Below are positions 1 through 8,851 of a stretch of DNA of 64,000 nucleotides, one piece after another (within the stretch, counting starts at the first letter, position 1; every line of letters begins with the position of its first letter). Under the pieces are notes generated by a model. The model searched no databases. It was given only the letters and a program-made list of their open reading frames with translations, and was not told the origin of the DNA. Both the position numbers and the translations under genes were made by a program. This DNA is from Minisyncoccota bacterium (lineage in GTDB: Bacteria > Patescibacteriota > Minisyncoccia > Phycocordibacterales > JABAAK01). The DNA is taken from the NCBI GenBank assembly GCA_965204115.1, contig OZ241963.1:233293-297292 (forward strand), read 5' to 3'.

Positions 1-45
1 GATACACAGCATATCGGGCATGCTGGTGTTGTAATAAACAGTCAT

Positions 46-387
46 TTGGATAACTATAAAATCGTAAAACCGGAAGAGTTAGATAAAAAAATATTGAATA
101 TATGTGAATCAGAAAAGATAATAACTTTCATATTTCTTGCTGATCGTAAATTAACTCAAGAGGTTTTTTGTGAATATATTCATAAAACAATAGCAGGTTA
201 TGTTGAGAAGGTACCAAACGAATTGCATGGAACAAGTATTCCATTAAAAATTGATAAATACGATTCGCTCTTTGCTGTTTCACTGCCATGGAATGAGATG
301 CCGGAAACACCAGTATTTGGTTCTATGACATCTATCTCGATTGACGGATCGCAATTGATGCTGGGAATAAAAAGAAAAACGACTTAA
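46..387 (+). CDS. hypothetical protein
   Basis: 113-aa ORF with TTG start, co-oriented with the next two genes; no motif recognised. Confidence 0.5.
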   Translation: MDNYKIVKPEELDKKILNICESEKIITFIFLADRKLTQEVFCEYIHKTIAGYVEKVPNELHGTSIPLKIDKYDSLFAVSLPWNEMPETPVFGSMTSISIDGSQLMLGIKRKTT

Positions 388-444
388 ATAAGGGCAGGGA
401 AGGATAAGATAAGTACTGTTTGAAAGTTTCTGCAGAGTGATACA

Positions 445-1020
445 ATGAGCATGAGTATGATTAGGGATAAAAAATTAAAAGAAGCGGCGGAGATGGGAGA
501 AGGAATTGCAAGGGAGTTCAATCCCGAAACAAACATCCCCTTCCCTTTTGAGGAGATAGTAAAAAGGCACAGAGATTTAGAGTTGAGATCTGGAGATTTA
601 AGCAATGCAGGTTCGCCAATTAGTAATGACTTGTCAGGATTAATTTTGTATGACGATAGCGAGAAAAAATTTGTCATTTTGATTGAGGAGAGTAAGCCAA
701 AAAATAGAAAGTATTTCACGATTGCGCATGAATTGGGGCACTATTTCTTGCATAAGGAAGATCTAAAAGAAAAAAGTTTGGTGGTTGATGGAGATGCAAC
801 ACTCTATAGATTGGATAATGGACTGAGTAACATACAAGAATCACAGGCAAATTACTTTGCTGCTTCACTGTTAATGCCGGAGGATAGGGTTAGAAAAGCA
901 TGGAAGGCTTTTAATGAGGATGTCGAAAAATGTGCGGAATTATTTGATGTCTCTCTATCTGCTATGAGTATACGGGTGGATATATTAGACTTGAAGTATG
1001 AGTATGAAGACAGGAGATAA
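445..1020 (+). CDS. ImmA/IrrE-family Zn metallopeptidase
   Basis: RKYFTIAHELGHYFLH (HExxH) plus ESQANYFAASLLMP and a C-terminal HTH-like segment. Confidence 0.9.
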   Translation: MSMSMIRDKKLKEAAEMGEGIAREFNPETNIPFPFEEIVKRHRDLELRSGDLSNAGSPISNDLSGLILYDDSEKKFVILIEESKPKNRKYFTIAHELGHYFLHKEDLKEKSLVVDGDATLYRLDNGLSNIQESQANYFAASLLMPEDRVRKAWKAFNEDVEKCAELFDVSLSAMSIRVDILDLKYEYEDRR

Positions 1021-1357
1021 AACACGCAAAGAACTTATAGACCATTTTCGAGAATTTGGGAAAATGTTTGAAAAGTCAGATGCAGGCTCAGGGAGCTTTG
1101 ACGAGCGAATGCAAGATTTAGGTGTGCAGGAAAAGGAGAGTGTTATAAAGTGGAGGGATAAATTTTCGAAGTTTATGACAAGGTTTTTAATGGCGCAGTA
1201 TTTTTTTATCCTCTTGTTTTTATTTTTGCAAGGATTTAAGATAGCAGGATTTCACTTAGATAACTATATTTTTTATATCCTAATAGGTGGAACTTTGGTA
1301 CAAAGTTATTTTCTAGTTAGAATTATATTTCAATATCTTTTTTCTTCGAAAAAGTAA
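998..1357 (+). CDS. small membrane protein with two TM helices
   Basis: Overlaps the peptidase 3' end; two hydrophobic segments in the C-terminal half. Confidence 0.7.
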   Translation: MSMKTGDKTRKELIDHFREFGKMFEKSDAGSGSFDERMQDLGVQEKESVIKWRDKFSKFMTRFLMAQYFFILLFLFLQGFKIAGFHLDNYIFYILIGGTLVQSYFLVRIIFQYLFSSKK

Positions 1358-1524
1358 TGTGCATCGCATGTCTCACAATACTTTTTCAGACCCAACGCAA
1401 TCCTATCAATGGCACCTGAGAGTATAAACTTCTGCAATCTGCCTGTTTTCGCTTACGCAACACTAGTGAAGTTTGCGAAAACGGCGGATTTCCTTATACG
1501 CACGACCCAATATATTTTTATTGT

Positions 1525-3204
1525 TTAATTTGTATTTCCTCTTTCTTTTAGTCTTTGAAAAAGAAAGCCAAGCACATCGGAATCTAATCTGTGAGGGAAC
1601 ACAGAAAGAAAAAAAGGGATAAATTCAGGAAATCTTTTTATTGAATCTGGAAGTGTTCTGCCATCAGAAGAGTTTGACTCATCAATCAGGTCCTTCCAAC
1701 TTTTTTCTTTTTTAGGGATTTCTGTCCTGCACTCTCCTTTCTCCGATTGCATTAAATAGTAGTCATATTTGTTATCAAAAACAAACTCCTCAAAATATAT
1801 AAATGATATTTCTCTCCATTGGTCAGATATAAAATCTTTTTGATTTAATCGTGCCATCATTTCTATAATAGGTTTTAGATAATGTGAATACTGTTTACTC
1901 TGATGTTCAAAAGGCTCTTGAGGTACGCCAAAAAACCTATTAACTACAAAATTTAAAACAAAATTTAAATCAAAGTATGGAGGAAGTAGTCCAGTTTCGC
2001 TCTCTGCATTTCTACCATTGTATTTAATTATTTCACTTATAGCGTGTTCCACCAAACTAACACCTTCCTCTTTGCTTTCATCAGAACATGTCAACATCAA
2101 CGCAAGAAGTATGAGAGGCAATAATCCTCCTTCGCCATATAAAAATATACTGCCCCTGTATTTATCAATTATGTCTTTTTGTAGAATATCTTTTATTTGA
2201 ATATTTTTTTGACTGATAACTTCAGACACTTTGAGCGAAAATATCATTGATACAGCACCATGATTGCGAAATGGGATTAAGTTTATTTCGGTTTGTGGTA
2301 ACTTAATCTTATCAAAGGTGTCCCCTGAAAGCATGGCAAGTCCCTTGCTTTCCACCTCTAATTCCAATTTTTTTGCTGTACTTAACATGTCCCCCCATAC
2401 AAGGTTATATGATTTTAACCAATATTTTTCTGCAAGATTATATCTATCAACCAAATAAAAAATTAATGAGAGCAATAAGGTCATAACTCTTATCACAGAA
2501 ACATGATTTTCTTTCTCCCTGTATGGTCCGGTGATCATAGTCATATACAAAATTGCAGCGGATACATCTCTTTTTCGTTTTTCTTTTGCCCTTTCCTCAT
2601 TGATGCCAAGTATTTGACATAAGAATGGAAATATCTCTGACAAATCTACAAAACTTGTTCCATCTGCAAAAATTAAATTGCTGAGGGTTTTATATGCCCG
2701 CGCATCTTGAGGTAAAACCTCTACGGCAATTTCTTGGAACCCTTGTAACAAATCTCCTCTTGTAAGAACTCTGAGTGGCGTGTTTTTCCACCTTCCGTTA
2801 TTTAAACCATTTATATCAGCCCTTACGCTATCATCTATATTTCCATTTGTTACTAAAAATGATATGTGCTTCTTGTTTTGATCTATGTTTGGATGAGCAA
2901 TGGGTATTTCAATTAGCACTTCAACTTCTGGCTTAACCTCAGTGCGCCAACGATGCAGATTTATATTTCCACCTTTCAGTTGATATGCACAAGGCGCTCC
3001 ATTAAAGTCAACGGCAACAACATCTTTTCCTTGTTCAAAGTTGGTATTCTTTATTTCATATTTAACAGCATACCCTTGGAATGAAAGCCACTCGCAAAAT
3101 AATGACTGATAGCTGAGTTCGTTTACTGAATCCAGCCAGTGTTCGATAACCCTTTGTAAAAAGGGTTCGTTTGTTTCTTTTTGTTTTACTGTTTTTTTGC
3201 TCAT
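1525..3204 (-). CDS. PD-(D/E)xK restriction-endonuclease-like protein (Mrr-like N-terminus, long helical C-terminus)
   Basis: EQGKDVVA...AYQLKGG catalytic-type motif near the N-terminus; 559-aa ORF. Confidence 0.65.
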   Translation of the reverse strand: MSKKTVKQKETNEPFLQRVIEHWLDSVNELSYQSLFCEWLSFQGYAVKYEIKNTNFEQGKDVVAVDFNGAPCAYQLKGGNINLHRWRTEVKPEVEVLIEIPIAHPNIDQNKKHISFLVTNGNIDDSVRADINGLNNGRWKNTPLRVLTRGDLLQGFQEIAVEVLPQDARAYKTLSNLIFADGTSFVDLSEIFPFLCQILGINEERAKEKRKRDVSAAILYMTMITGPYREKENHVSVIRVMTLLLSLIFYLVDRYNLAEKYWLKSYNLVWGDMLSTAKKLELEVESKGLAMLSGDTFDKIKLPQTEINLIPFRNHGAVSMIFSLKVSEVISQKNIQIKDILQKDIIDKYRGSIFLYGEGGLLPLILLALMLTCSDESKEEGVSLVEHAISEIIKYNGRNAESETGLLPPYFDLNFVLNFVVNRFFGVPQEPFEHQSKQYSHYLKPIIEMMARLNQKDFISDQWREISFIYFEEFVFDNKYDYYLMQSEKGECRTEIPKKEKSWKDLIDESNSSDGRTLPDSIKRFPEFIPFFLSVFPHRLDSDVLGFLFQRLKERGNTN

Positions 3205-3206
3205 AA

Positions 3207-3809
3207 TTAATCAATAATTTTTCTTGATTTGACATCTGCCATGTGTTCTTCAAATTTTTTATCTAGTATCTCTTCTTTTTTTCTATCAAATTCAGCTTTT
3301 TCCTGAGGTGTTTGTTTCTTTTCTATCTCCATAAGCCTCTTAGAGACGGTTGGGTGTACAATTAATGACTGTTCGGATGGTTTATTCCTGTCGTCATTGT
3401 GAAAATAAATTTTTACATTTTCCATTCCCTTAAGGATGATGTCTGGACCAACCTCTGAAACATTTACTATGTTTCCGCTGTCAGCCATACTCTTTGCTAT
3501 CGCCTGGATCGCATCTCCCTCAATTTGATTTGCCACATCTGCAGACATGTCGGAAAACATGGTAAGTACATCCTCTGAAGACATATTTCTCATTTGCTTA
3601 GAGGAAATTGACATCTTGGATGAAGCTTCGTTTAGGTGTTCTACACTGTGTGTTCCATCCTCATATAAAACTCCCGTTTTATCGCCCTCATATAAGGACT
3701 GTTTAGGAACCATTGCGAGCAGAGGAGATTTTGTTTTTATCTCTTGTCTTATTGAAATATCGACGAAAATCCTTAGTTTTTCTTTTGCTTTTGGAAAATC
3801 TGGTATCAT
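3207..3809 (-). CDS. hypothetical protein, possibly a truncated HK97-capsid-like fold
   Basis: 200-aa ORF 2 nt upstream of the nuclease; the fold call is pattern inference only. Confidence 0.6.
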   Translation of the reverse strand: MIPDFPKAKEKLRIFVDISIRQEIKTKSPLLAMVPKQSLYEGDKTGVLYEDGTHSVEHLNEASSKMSISSKQMRNMSSEDVLTMFSDMSADVANQIEGDAIQAIAKSMADSGNIVNVSEVGPDIILKGMENVKIYFHNDDRNKPSEQSLIVHPTVSKRLMEIEKKQTPQEKAEFDRKKEEILDKKFEEHMADVKSRKIID

Positions 3810-3836
3810 TCTTGTATTTTACCATCTAACTATACT

Positions 3837-4928
3837 TTATTTTCCAGATTTTCTTCGATTACATTCTTTATATAACATCTGACAGTTTTCTGCGACTGTT
3901 TTACCGCCTTCATGCCAAGGGGTGATGTGGTCGGCTTCCATGTCTTCAATTTCAAAATGCTCTTCACACACCGGGCAGATACCTTTTTGTCTTTCGTATG
4001 CTTCACGCTTCATATTGGGAGTAAAGGCACGGATTGAAAGAGATTTCTCTTGGCGAGTTAAAACATATGGGTAGATGCCTGATTTATCCGTGACATCTTC
4101 ATCTTGCATGAGTCTGGTAATTTCGGTTTCCAATTTTTCGGCATTCAGTTTTTTATCTTTGAATTGGTTGTACAAATCGCCCCATTTTACACCTTTCATT
4201 TCATTACGATAGTTAGTGAAAACCTTGCGCACCCATGTAATGACACTTTGAAAATAATCCCAGAGTTCATTTGCATTATTATCATGCTGGTGTTTTGCCA
4301 TATAGTCTGCGACCTCCCCATCATTGATCCACAAAAGAGCGGTTTCCAAGTACTCTTGCCTGATGGGTGAACCTTTTATGAGTGACCCTCCATCATTTGC
4401 TAAAAGATACGCTGCACAACCTGTTTTACTGAATTTTAATTTTGCGTCAGAGAGCCATGGGCCGGTGTAGACCGCGTTTCTGATCTCTTGATCCGTTAAT
4501 TTTTCGCCTGCGATATTAATGGTAAAGAACCAATCCAAACGCTCTTTGTCTGTGCCTTCACAAAAGTAAATCATAAGTTCGTAGTCAAGAATCTGTTTCT
4601 GCTCTTCGGCAGTGAGATTGTGAAAAAAGCGGTCGTTGAGCAAGAAGTCACCATTTACATACTGTCCGATACTGATGGTACGCTGCTGTCCGTCCAACAT
4701 TTCATAGGTGCCATCTCCCTTAACCATCCAGTACATCACATTAAGGGGGAAATTTTGTTTGACGGTCTCAATAACCGCATTGCGCTGTTTGTCGTCATAG
4801 ACAAACTCTCTCTGGTATTTTGGACGAACATCCAATTTGCCATCATAGGCAACAACGCCTTCTTCTTTACTATCTTTATACCCTTTAACCACATCACGAA
4901 CTTTGATTTTCTCTAAGTCAATTTTCAT
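3837..4928 (-). CDS. DUF262 (GmrS/ParB-like) plus HNH endonuclease fusion
   Basis: PKYQREFVY and LDGQQR (DUF262); CPVC...ADHITPWHEGGKTVAENCQML (HNH). Confidence 0.9.
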   Translation of the reverse strand: MKIDLEKIKVRDVVKGYKDSKEEGVVAYDGKLDVRPKYQREFVYDDKQRNAVIETVKQNFPLNVMYWMVKGDGTYEMLDGQQRTISIGQYVNGDFLLNDRFFHNLTAEEQKQILDYELMIYFCEGTDKERLDWFFTINIAGEKLTDQEIRNAVYTGPWLSDAKLKFSKTGCAAYLLANDGGSLIKGSPIRQEYLETALLWINDGEVADYMAKHQHDNNANELWDYFQSVITWVRKVFTNYRNEMKGVKWGDLYNQFKDKKLNAEKLETEITRLMQDEDVTDKSGIYPYVLTRQEKSLSIRAFTPNMKREAYERQKGICPVCEEHFEIEDMEADHITPWHEGGKTVAENCQMLYKECNRRKSGK

Positions 4929-4929
4929 A

Positions 4930-5979
4930 CTATTTTTTGTTTTTGATTAAGATACGCTTAAACTTCTTTTTTCCACTGATGTAAATTGCATTTGCAAACG
5001 AATATACACCGTCCGCTCCAACCGATCCTACATGACCAATGATTTCAAATTGTTTGGGGTTGTATTTGTCCACAAAGGTTACAGGCACACCCATTACACC
5101 ACTATAATCCATCGGGATGTCAGTATATTTGTCTATATTGATTGCATCATAGTTATCATATTTTGGATATTCTTTTGGAGTGTATTTTTTATATAGAGTC
5201 AATTCCTCGTGACGCTTGGCGACATCTAAATTGGTAAACCATAAGATGCTGCCCATACTGAAGTACTTAATACCGTCCTCAACTTTGATTCTGGATTCGG
5301 TTTGAATGTCGTAATCCTCAGGCACTTGAAACCATTTGGTTCCGCCGTTATCGTACCCCAACCATAATCGGTTTTCCTTGATAAACTTAAAAATTTCTTT
5401 GTAAGTAATGGCGTTTTGATTCCCTAGGATCAAAAATTCCTTTTGGTGTTCCATTAGTTGTGCAACATAGTCTCGAAAAAGCGAAAACGGTGGATTGGTT
5501 ACCACTATATCTGCCTGTTTAAGCAGGCTGATACACTCATCGCTGCGAAAATCTCCATCACCTTTAAGCGGTGTGGCAACATTGGCGTCTTGTCTTAGTA
5601 ATTGCTTAACATCTCCTAAACTAACCGCTCCGTCATTATTGAGGTCTTTAACTTCGTTAATCTCAATTCTAAATGGCTCTTTTCCTTCTGGCTTCAATCC
5701 TTCTATCTCAACGAGTGGTAATTGCCCGCCAGCAATTGGTGATCTTATGTAGCTTGTGGCAATGAGTTTTTTAAGTCCTAAGGCATTAAAACTGGCAGCA
5801 AAATACTTGAAGAAATTACTTTCATAAGGGTCATCGCAGTTACAATATACAACCTTACCGCGGAACTGCTCTTTATAGTGTCTTAGTTCTTTTTCAATGT
5901 CAACAAGTTGAGTGTAAAACTCATCCTTTTTTGCCTTAGCTGCCTGGTGAAGACCTGTATTGTTCACTTTTGTATCCAT
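4930..5979 (-). CDS. adenine-specific DNA methyltransferase, EcoRI family
   Basis: KKDEFYT, VYCNCDDP, GDFRS and TNPPFS motifs. Confidence 0.9.
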   Translation of the reverse strand: MDTKVNNTGLHQAAKAKKDEFYTQLVDIEKELRHYKEQFRGKVVYCNCDDPYESNFFKYFAASFNALGLKKLIATSYIRSPIAGGQLPLVEIEGLKPEGKEPFRIEINEVKDLNNDGAVSLGDVKQLLRQDANVATPLKGDGDFRSDECISLLKQADIVVTNPPFSLFRDYVAQLMEHQKEFLILGNQNAITYKEIFKFIKENRLWLGYDNGGTKWFQVPEDYDIQTESRIKVEDGIKYFSMGSILWFTNLDVAKRHEELTLYKKYTPKEYPKYDNYDAINIDKYTDIPMDYSGVMGVPVTFVDKYNPKQFEIIGHVGSVGADGVYSFANAIYISGKKKFKRILIKNKK

Positions 5980-6175
5980 ACATTAATATGGTACATTGCT
6001 TTTACTTGTTTTTATTATTCCGCATTGAACATATAAAGCAGTAGCGCCCCTTGTGGGGCCTGGTTCGTATTTGGGAGCATGAATTAAAAGGAGACGGCAA
6101 AACCGCCACAAGAAAAATCTAAAAGTTTTTCAAGTATTAGCTGCTTATTCACCCTCACATTATTTGTTCAAGTCT

Positions 6176-6772
6176 TTACCTTTCTGGCGGACGAGGATGC
6201 AAACTACTTACAGGTATGTTTTTTTCTCCCAGTACGACATCCCTTAATCCTATTGCCATTATCACAGCAAATTGCTCAACCTCCCTTCCTTCACTAAACA
6301 GGTATTCTTTTATTTTCTTTAACTCGGGTGAAGCGTCATTTTTACTTTTTAATATTTCTTTCACAATATCTTTTGATTTTTCCTGTATATCAAAAGCACC
6401 GTCAACATTTTTAAACTTTTCTATCAGGATGTCCTTATTTTTTTTAATGTAGTCTTCAGCACCACTGTTACGAAAAGTTTCCTTTCCAACATCAGTGAGG
6501 GACAGAGGGCTTTGGGTTGCAACTTCTTGCCTTCCTTTCATTTGATTTAACTCTTTTGAGTTTTCTTTTACATCATCCTCAAGGGTTTTTATTTTTTTGT
6601 CCGCATTTTCCAAATTTGTCTCAAGTACACTTAATTTTACTTTCATTGTTACTAACGCAACAACAAGTGCTATAGCTGCAGACACTCCGAGGTCAATAAG
6701 CGAAGGCAGAGAGTTGGTATTACTGGCAGCAGATTCAGAGGTAGATTGAGCTATTACTTCAATAGGAATCAT
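6176..6772 (-). CDS. membrane-anchored coiled-coil hypothetical protein
   Basis: N-terminal TM followed by a heptad-rich segment. Confidence 0.7.
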   Translation of the reverse strand: MIPIEVIAQSTSESAASNTNSLPSLIDLGVSAAIALVVALVTMKVKLSVLETNLENADKKIKTLEDDVKENSKELNQMKGRQEVATQSPLSLTDVGKETFRNSGAEDYIKKNKDILIEKFKNVDGAFDIQEKSKDIVKEILKSKNDASPELKKIKEYLFSEGREVEQFAVIMAIGLRDVVLGEKNIPVSSLHPRPPER

Positions 6773-6983
6773 ATGTTCAGTTTAACATAAACCAATTGAT
6801 TATACAAGAATATGTGGACACTGGTGACATGATTGATATGTTGAGTACATGATGCTGGATAACCTATAAATGGCGGGTTAATTAAAGTCTATATTTCTGC
6901 TACCCTGTTGCACGGAGCGGAGCGGAGATGGTGCAGTGTTTGTGTACACAATCGCTGCACTGTTTTGAATGGGCGAGGAGGGT

Positions 6984-7673
6984 TTATAAAATAGATGTAA
7001 ATAGGTTGTGGTATTTATCAAGATAGTGAGACAATTCTTTTCTCTTGTACTGCATGATGTAGCGTGGGTGTTCTAATGAATGCACCCTGTTGAACCATTT
7101 GTACTCTTCATTCAGTTCGGTAAAAAATTTATAATTTTTTCCGGATCCGAGAATGATGACGGCATCACTTCTGACACCACATTCAAACTGTGCAAGCAGT
7201 GAATTGACAATAAACGGCTTAAGCATTGTCTGCATTTCTATGCTGTCATAGTAATTATAGTTCTTGCCATGCTGTGTGAAGCCAATTGGCGACACTGCGG
7301 TGAGAAAAAAATTGCTGTAAAATGTTTCTGCTCCTCCGAATTTTTCAATAAAGGTGTACAGGAACTTTGATGAGAGTTCACGACGCTCCTTAAATGTGTT
7401 TGGAATATCACAGTGCTCAGAGAGTGCGATTGGATCGGTGAAAGGGATTCCGGTAACACCTGATCCGAATCTCCCCGGGTTAATACCCAGAACAAAAACC
7501 CTTTCATTGGTATCGTAAAAATACTTTTTTAAAAACATCTTTACATACTTAAAAATTTCCCCATCTTTATGCGGCTCTATTGCTTCAACACCACTTATCG
7601 TGATTTCAGGGACACATACATTTTCGAAGAAGTCAATAATTTTGTCATAGAAAGTTTTTTGGCTTGATAACAT
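6984..7673 (-). CDS. SMUG2/DUF4918-type uracil-DNA glycosylase
   Basis: LGINPGRFGSGVTGIPFTDP, GKNYNYYD and LEHPRYIMQY motifs. Confidence 0.85.
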   Translation of the reverse strand: MLSSQKTFYDKIIDFFENVCVPEITISGVEAIEPHKDGEIFKYVKMFLKKYFYDTNERVFVLGINPGRFGSGVTGIPFTDPIALSEHCDIPNTFKERRELSSKFLYTFIEKFGGAETFYSNFFLTAVSPIGFTQHGKNYNYYDSIEMQTMLKPFIVNSLLAQFECGVRSDAVIILGSGKNYKFFTELNEEYKWFNRVHSLEHPRYIMQYKRKELSHYLDKYHNLFTSIL

Positions 7674-7805
7674 GTCATTCCTCCGTGTTCACAATGATCA
7701 AGTGTTTTATAGCAAAAACACTCCACACCTCATTTTATCACACAGATAAATCTTTCAGAGAGACGGTTTGTCCAACTTGTTTACCTATTCCCTAAAACAT
7801 AACAA

Positions 7806-7826
7806 GGGGCAGCCGATGGCTGCCCC
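7806..7826 (-). terminator. intrinsic terminator hairpin after 7838-8230
   Basis: GGGGCAGCC-gat-GGCTGCCCC perfect 9-bp stem. Confidence 0.6.
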
Positions 7827-7837
7827 CATAAATTTGT

Positions 7838-8230
7838 TTATGCTTCTACACCTTCATCATCTTCGGACGACTCATCCTGCTCATCATATCCTACTTTCCA
7901 TAGAGAAAATATCCAGGGAAGGAATAAAAATATCATTATTATGTGAATATAGTAGGCACCATACTTACTCATTTCATGAAGGCCTCTCGGATCAAGCGAT
8001 TCGCCAGACATGTCAATGAATATCACAGGAGGTAATCCGAAAACTATAATCACATAATGCAGTGCTAACGGTATCCAAGATATGACAAGGAAATGATTAA
8101 TCAGCCATCCAGCAAAACGACCGAGTTTGGAGGACGGGTATCTTGATGTCGTGATAGCATAGCATGCAACACCGACCGCAAACAAGATGTACAACTCTTG
8201 TGGTGCAAAGTGGTACTTCACACTTTCCAT
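7838..8230 (-). CDS. membrane protein
   Basis: Three hydrophobic segments and an acidic tail. Confidence 0.65.
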   Translation of the reverse strand: MESVKYHFAPQELYILFAVGVACYAITTSRYPSSKLGRFAGWLINHFLVISWIPLALHYVIIVFGLPPVIFIDMSGESLDPRGLHEMSKYGAYYIHIIMIFLFLPWIFSLWKVGYDEQDESSEDDEGVEA

Positions 8231-8232
8231 AA

Positions 8233-8430
8233 TTAAATACCCTTACCTTTTTTGAAAAAACGCTCATAGATCCATTCGACAAAGGGATCGTTTGCAGCCA
8301 TGATTGTCACGACAACGCATGACAATACAAATATTCCTCCAATCGTATTTGTAACTGGCAAAATAAACAAAAGCACTATTACACAAGGTACCCCAATAAA
8401 TACATATGTCATCCATTTAAAGCGCTTCAT
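8233..8430 (-). CDS. small membrane protein
   Basis: 65 aa, two TM segments, AAGGAGG SD upstream. Confidence 0.65.
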   Translation of the reverse strand: MKRFKWMTYVFIGVPCVIVLLFILPVTNTIGGIFVLSCVVVTIMAANDPFVEWIYERFFKKGKGI

Positions 8431-8619
8431 TGGATAATACCTCCTTTTAAGAGATTAAATGTAGTACATAGAAATGAACATACTAGTAATAGTATACACT
8501 GTTATGCTAAAATGCCTTATTTTGTCATATTATGAATCTGTCAGAGAAAAAGATTGGCTGATTTTTCAGGACATCATTTTTTATTATGAGATAGTGGTAT
8601 ATACTATACTTTGTCTATT

Positions 8620-8691
8620 GGCCCCATCGTCTAGCGGCTAGGACGCCGCCCTTTCACGGCGGAAACCGGGGTTCGATTCCCCGTGGGGTCA
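8620..8691 (+). tRNA. tRNA-Glu(TTC)
   Basis: GGCCCCA/TGGGGTC acceptor stem, CCGCC-CTTTCAC-GGCGG anticodon arm, GGTTCGATTCC T-arm. Confidence 0.95.
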
Positions 8692-8793
8692 CATTTTGGT
8701 GGTGTTATGGTTATCGTGTTGTACGACACCTACTCTGTTCGGTTTCCGCCTACGGCGGTCTGATAGTCAGGTTTTTGTCAAAGCCAAAAACAG

Positions 8794-8831
8794 GGGGTTC
8801 GATTCCCCGTGGGGTCACATTTCGGTGGTGT
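8794..8831 (+). repeat. direct repeat of tRNA-Glu 3' end plus flank (copy of 8668-8705)
   Basis: GGGGTTCGATTCCCCGTGGGGTCACATTTyGGTGGTGT, 38 bp with one mismatch, offset 126 bp. Confidence 0.9.
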
Positions 8832-8851
8832 GGTGGCTGTGGTGTTGCTCA

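Larger units (their letters stand above)
1..8500. mobile_element. AT-rich accessory/defence island (left end lies outside the window)
   Basis: Visibly more AT-rich than the core genes that follow; carries MTase, nucleases and an IrrE-like peptidase; ends just before tRNA-Glu. No integrase seen in the window. Confidence 0.55.
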
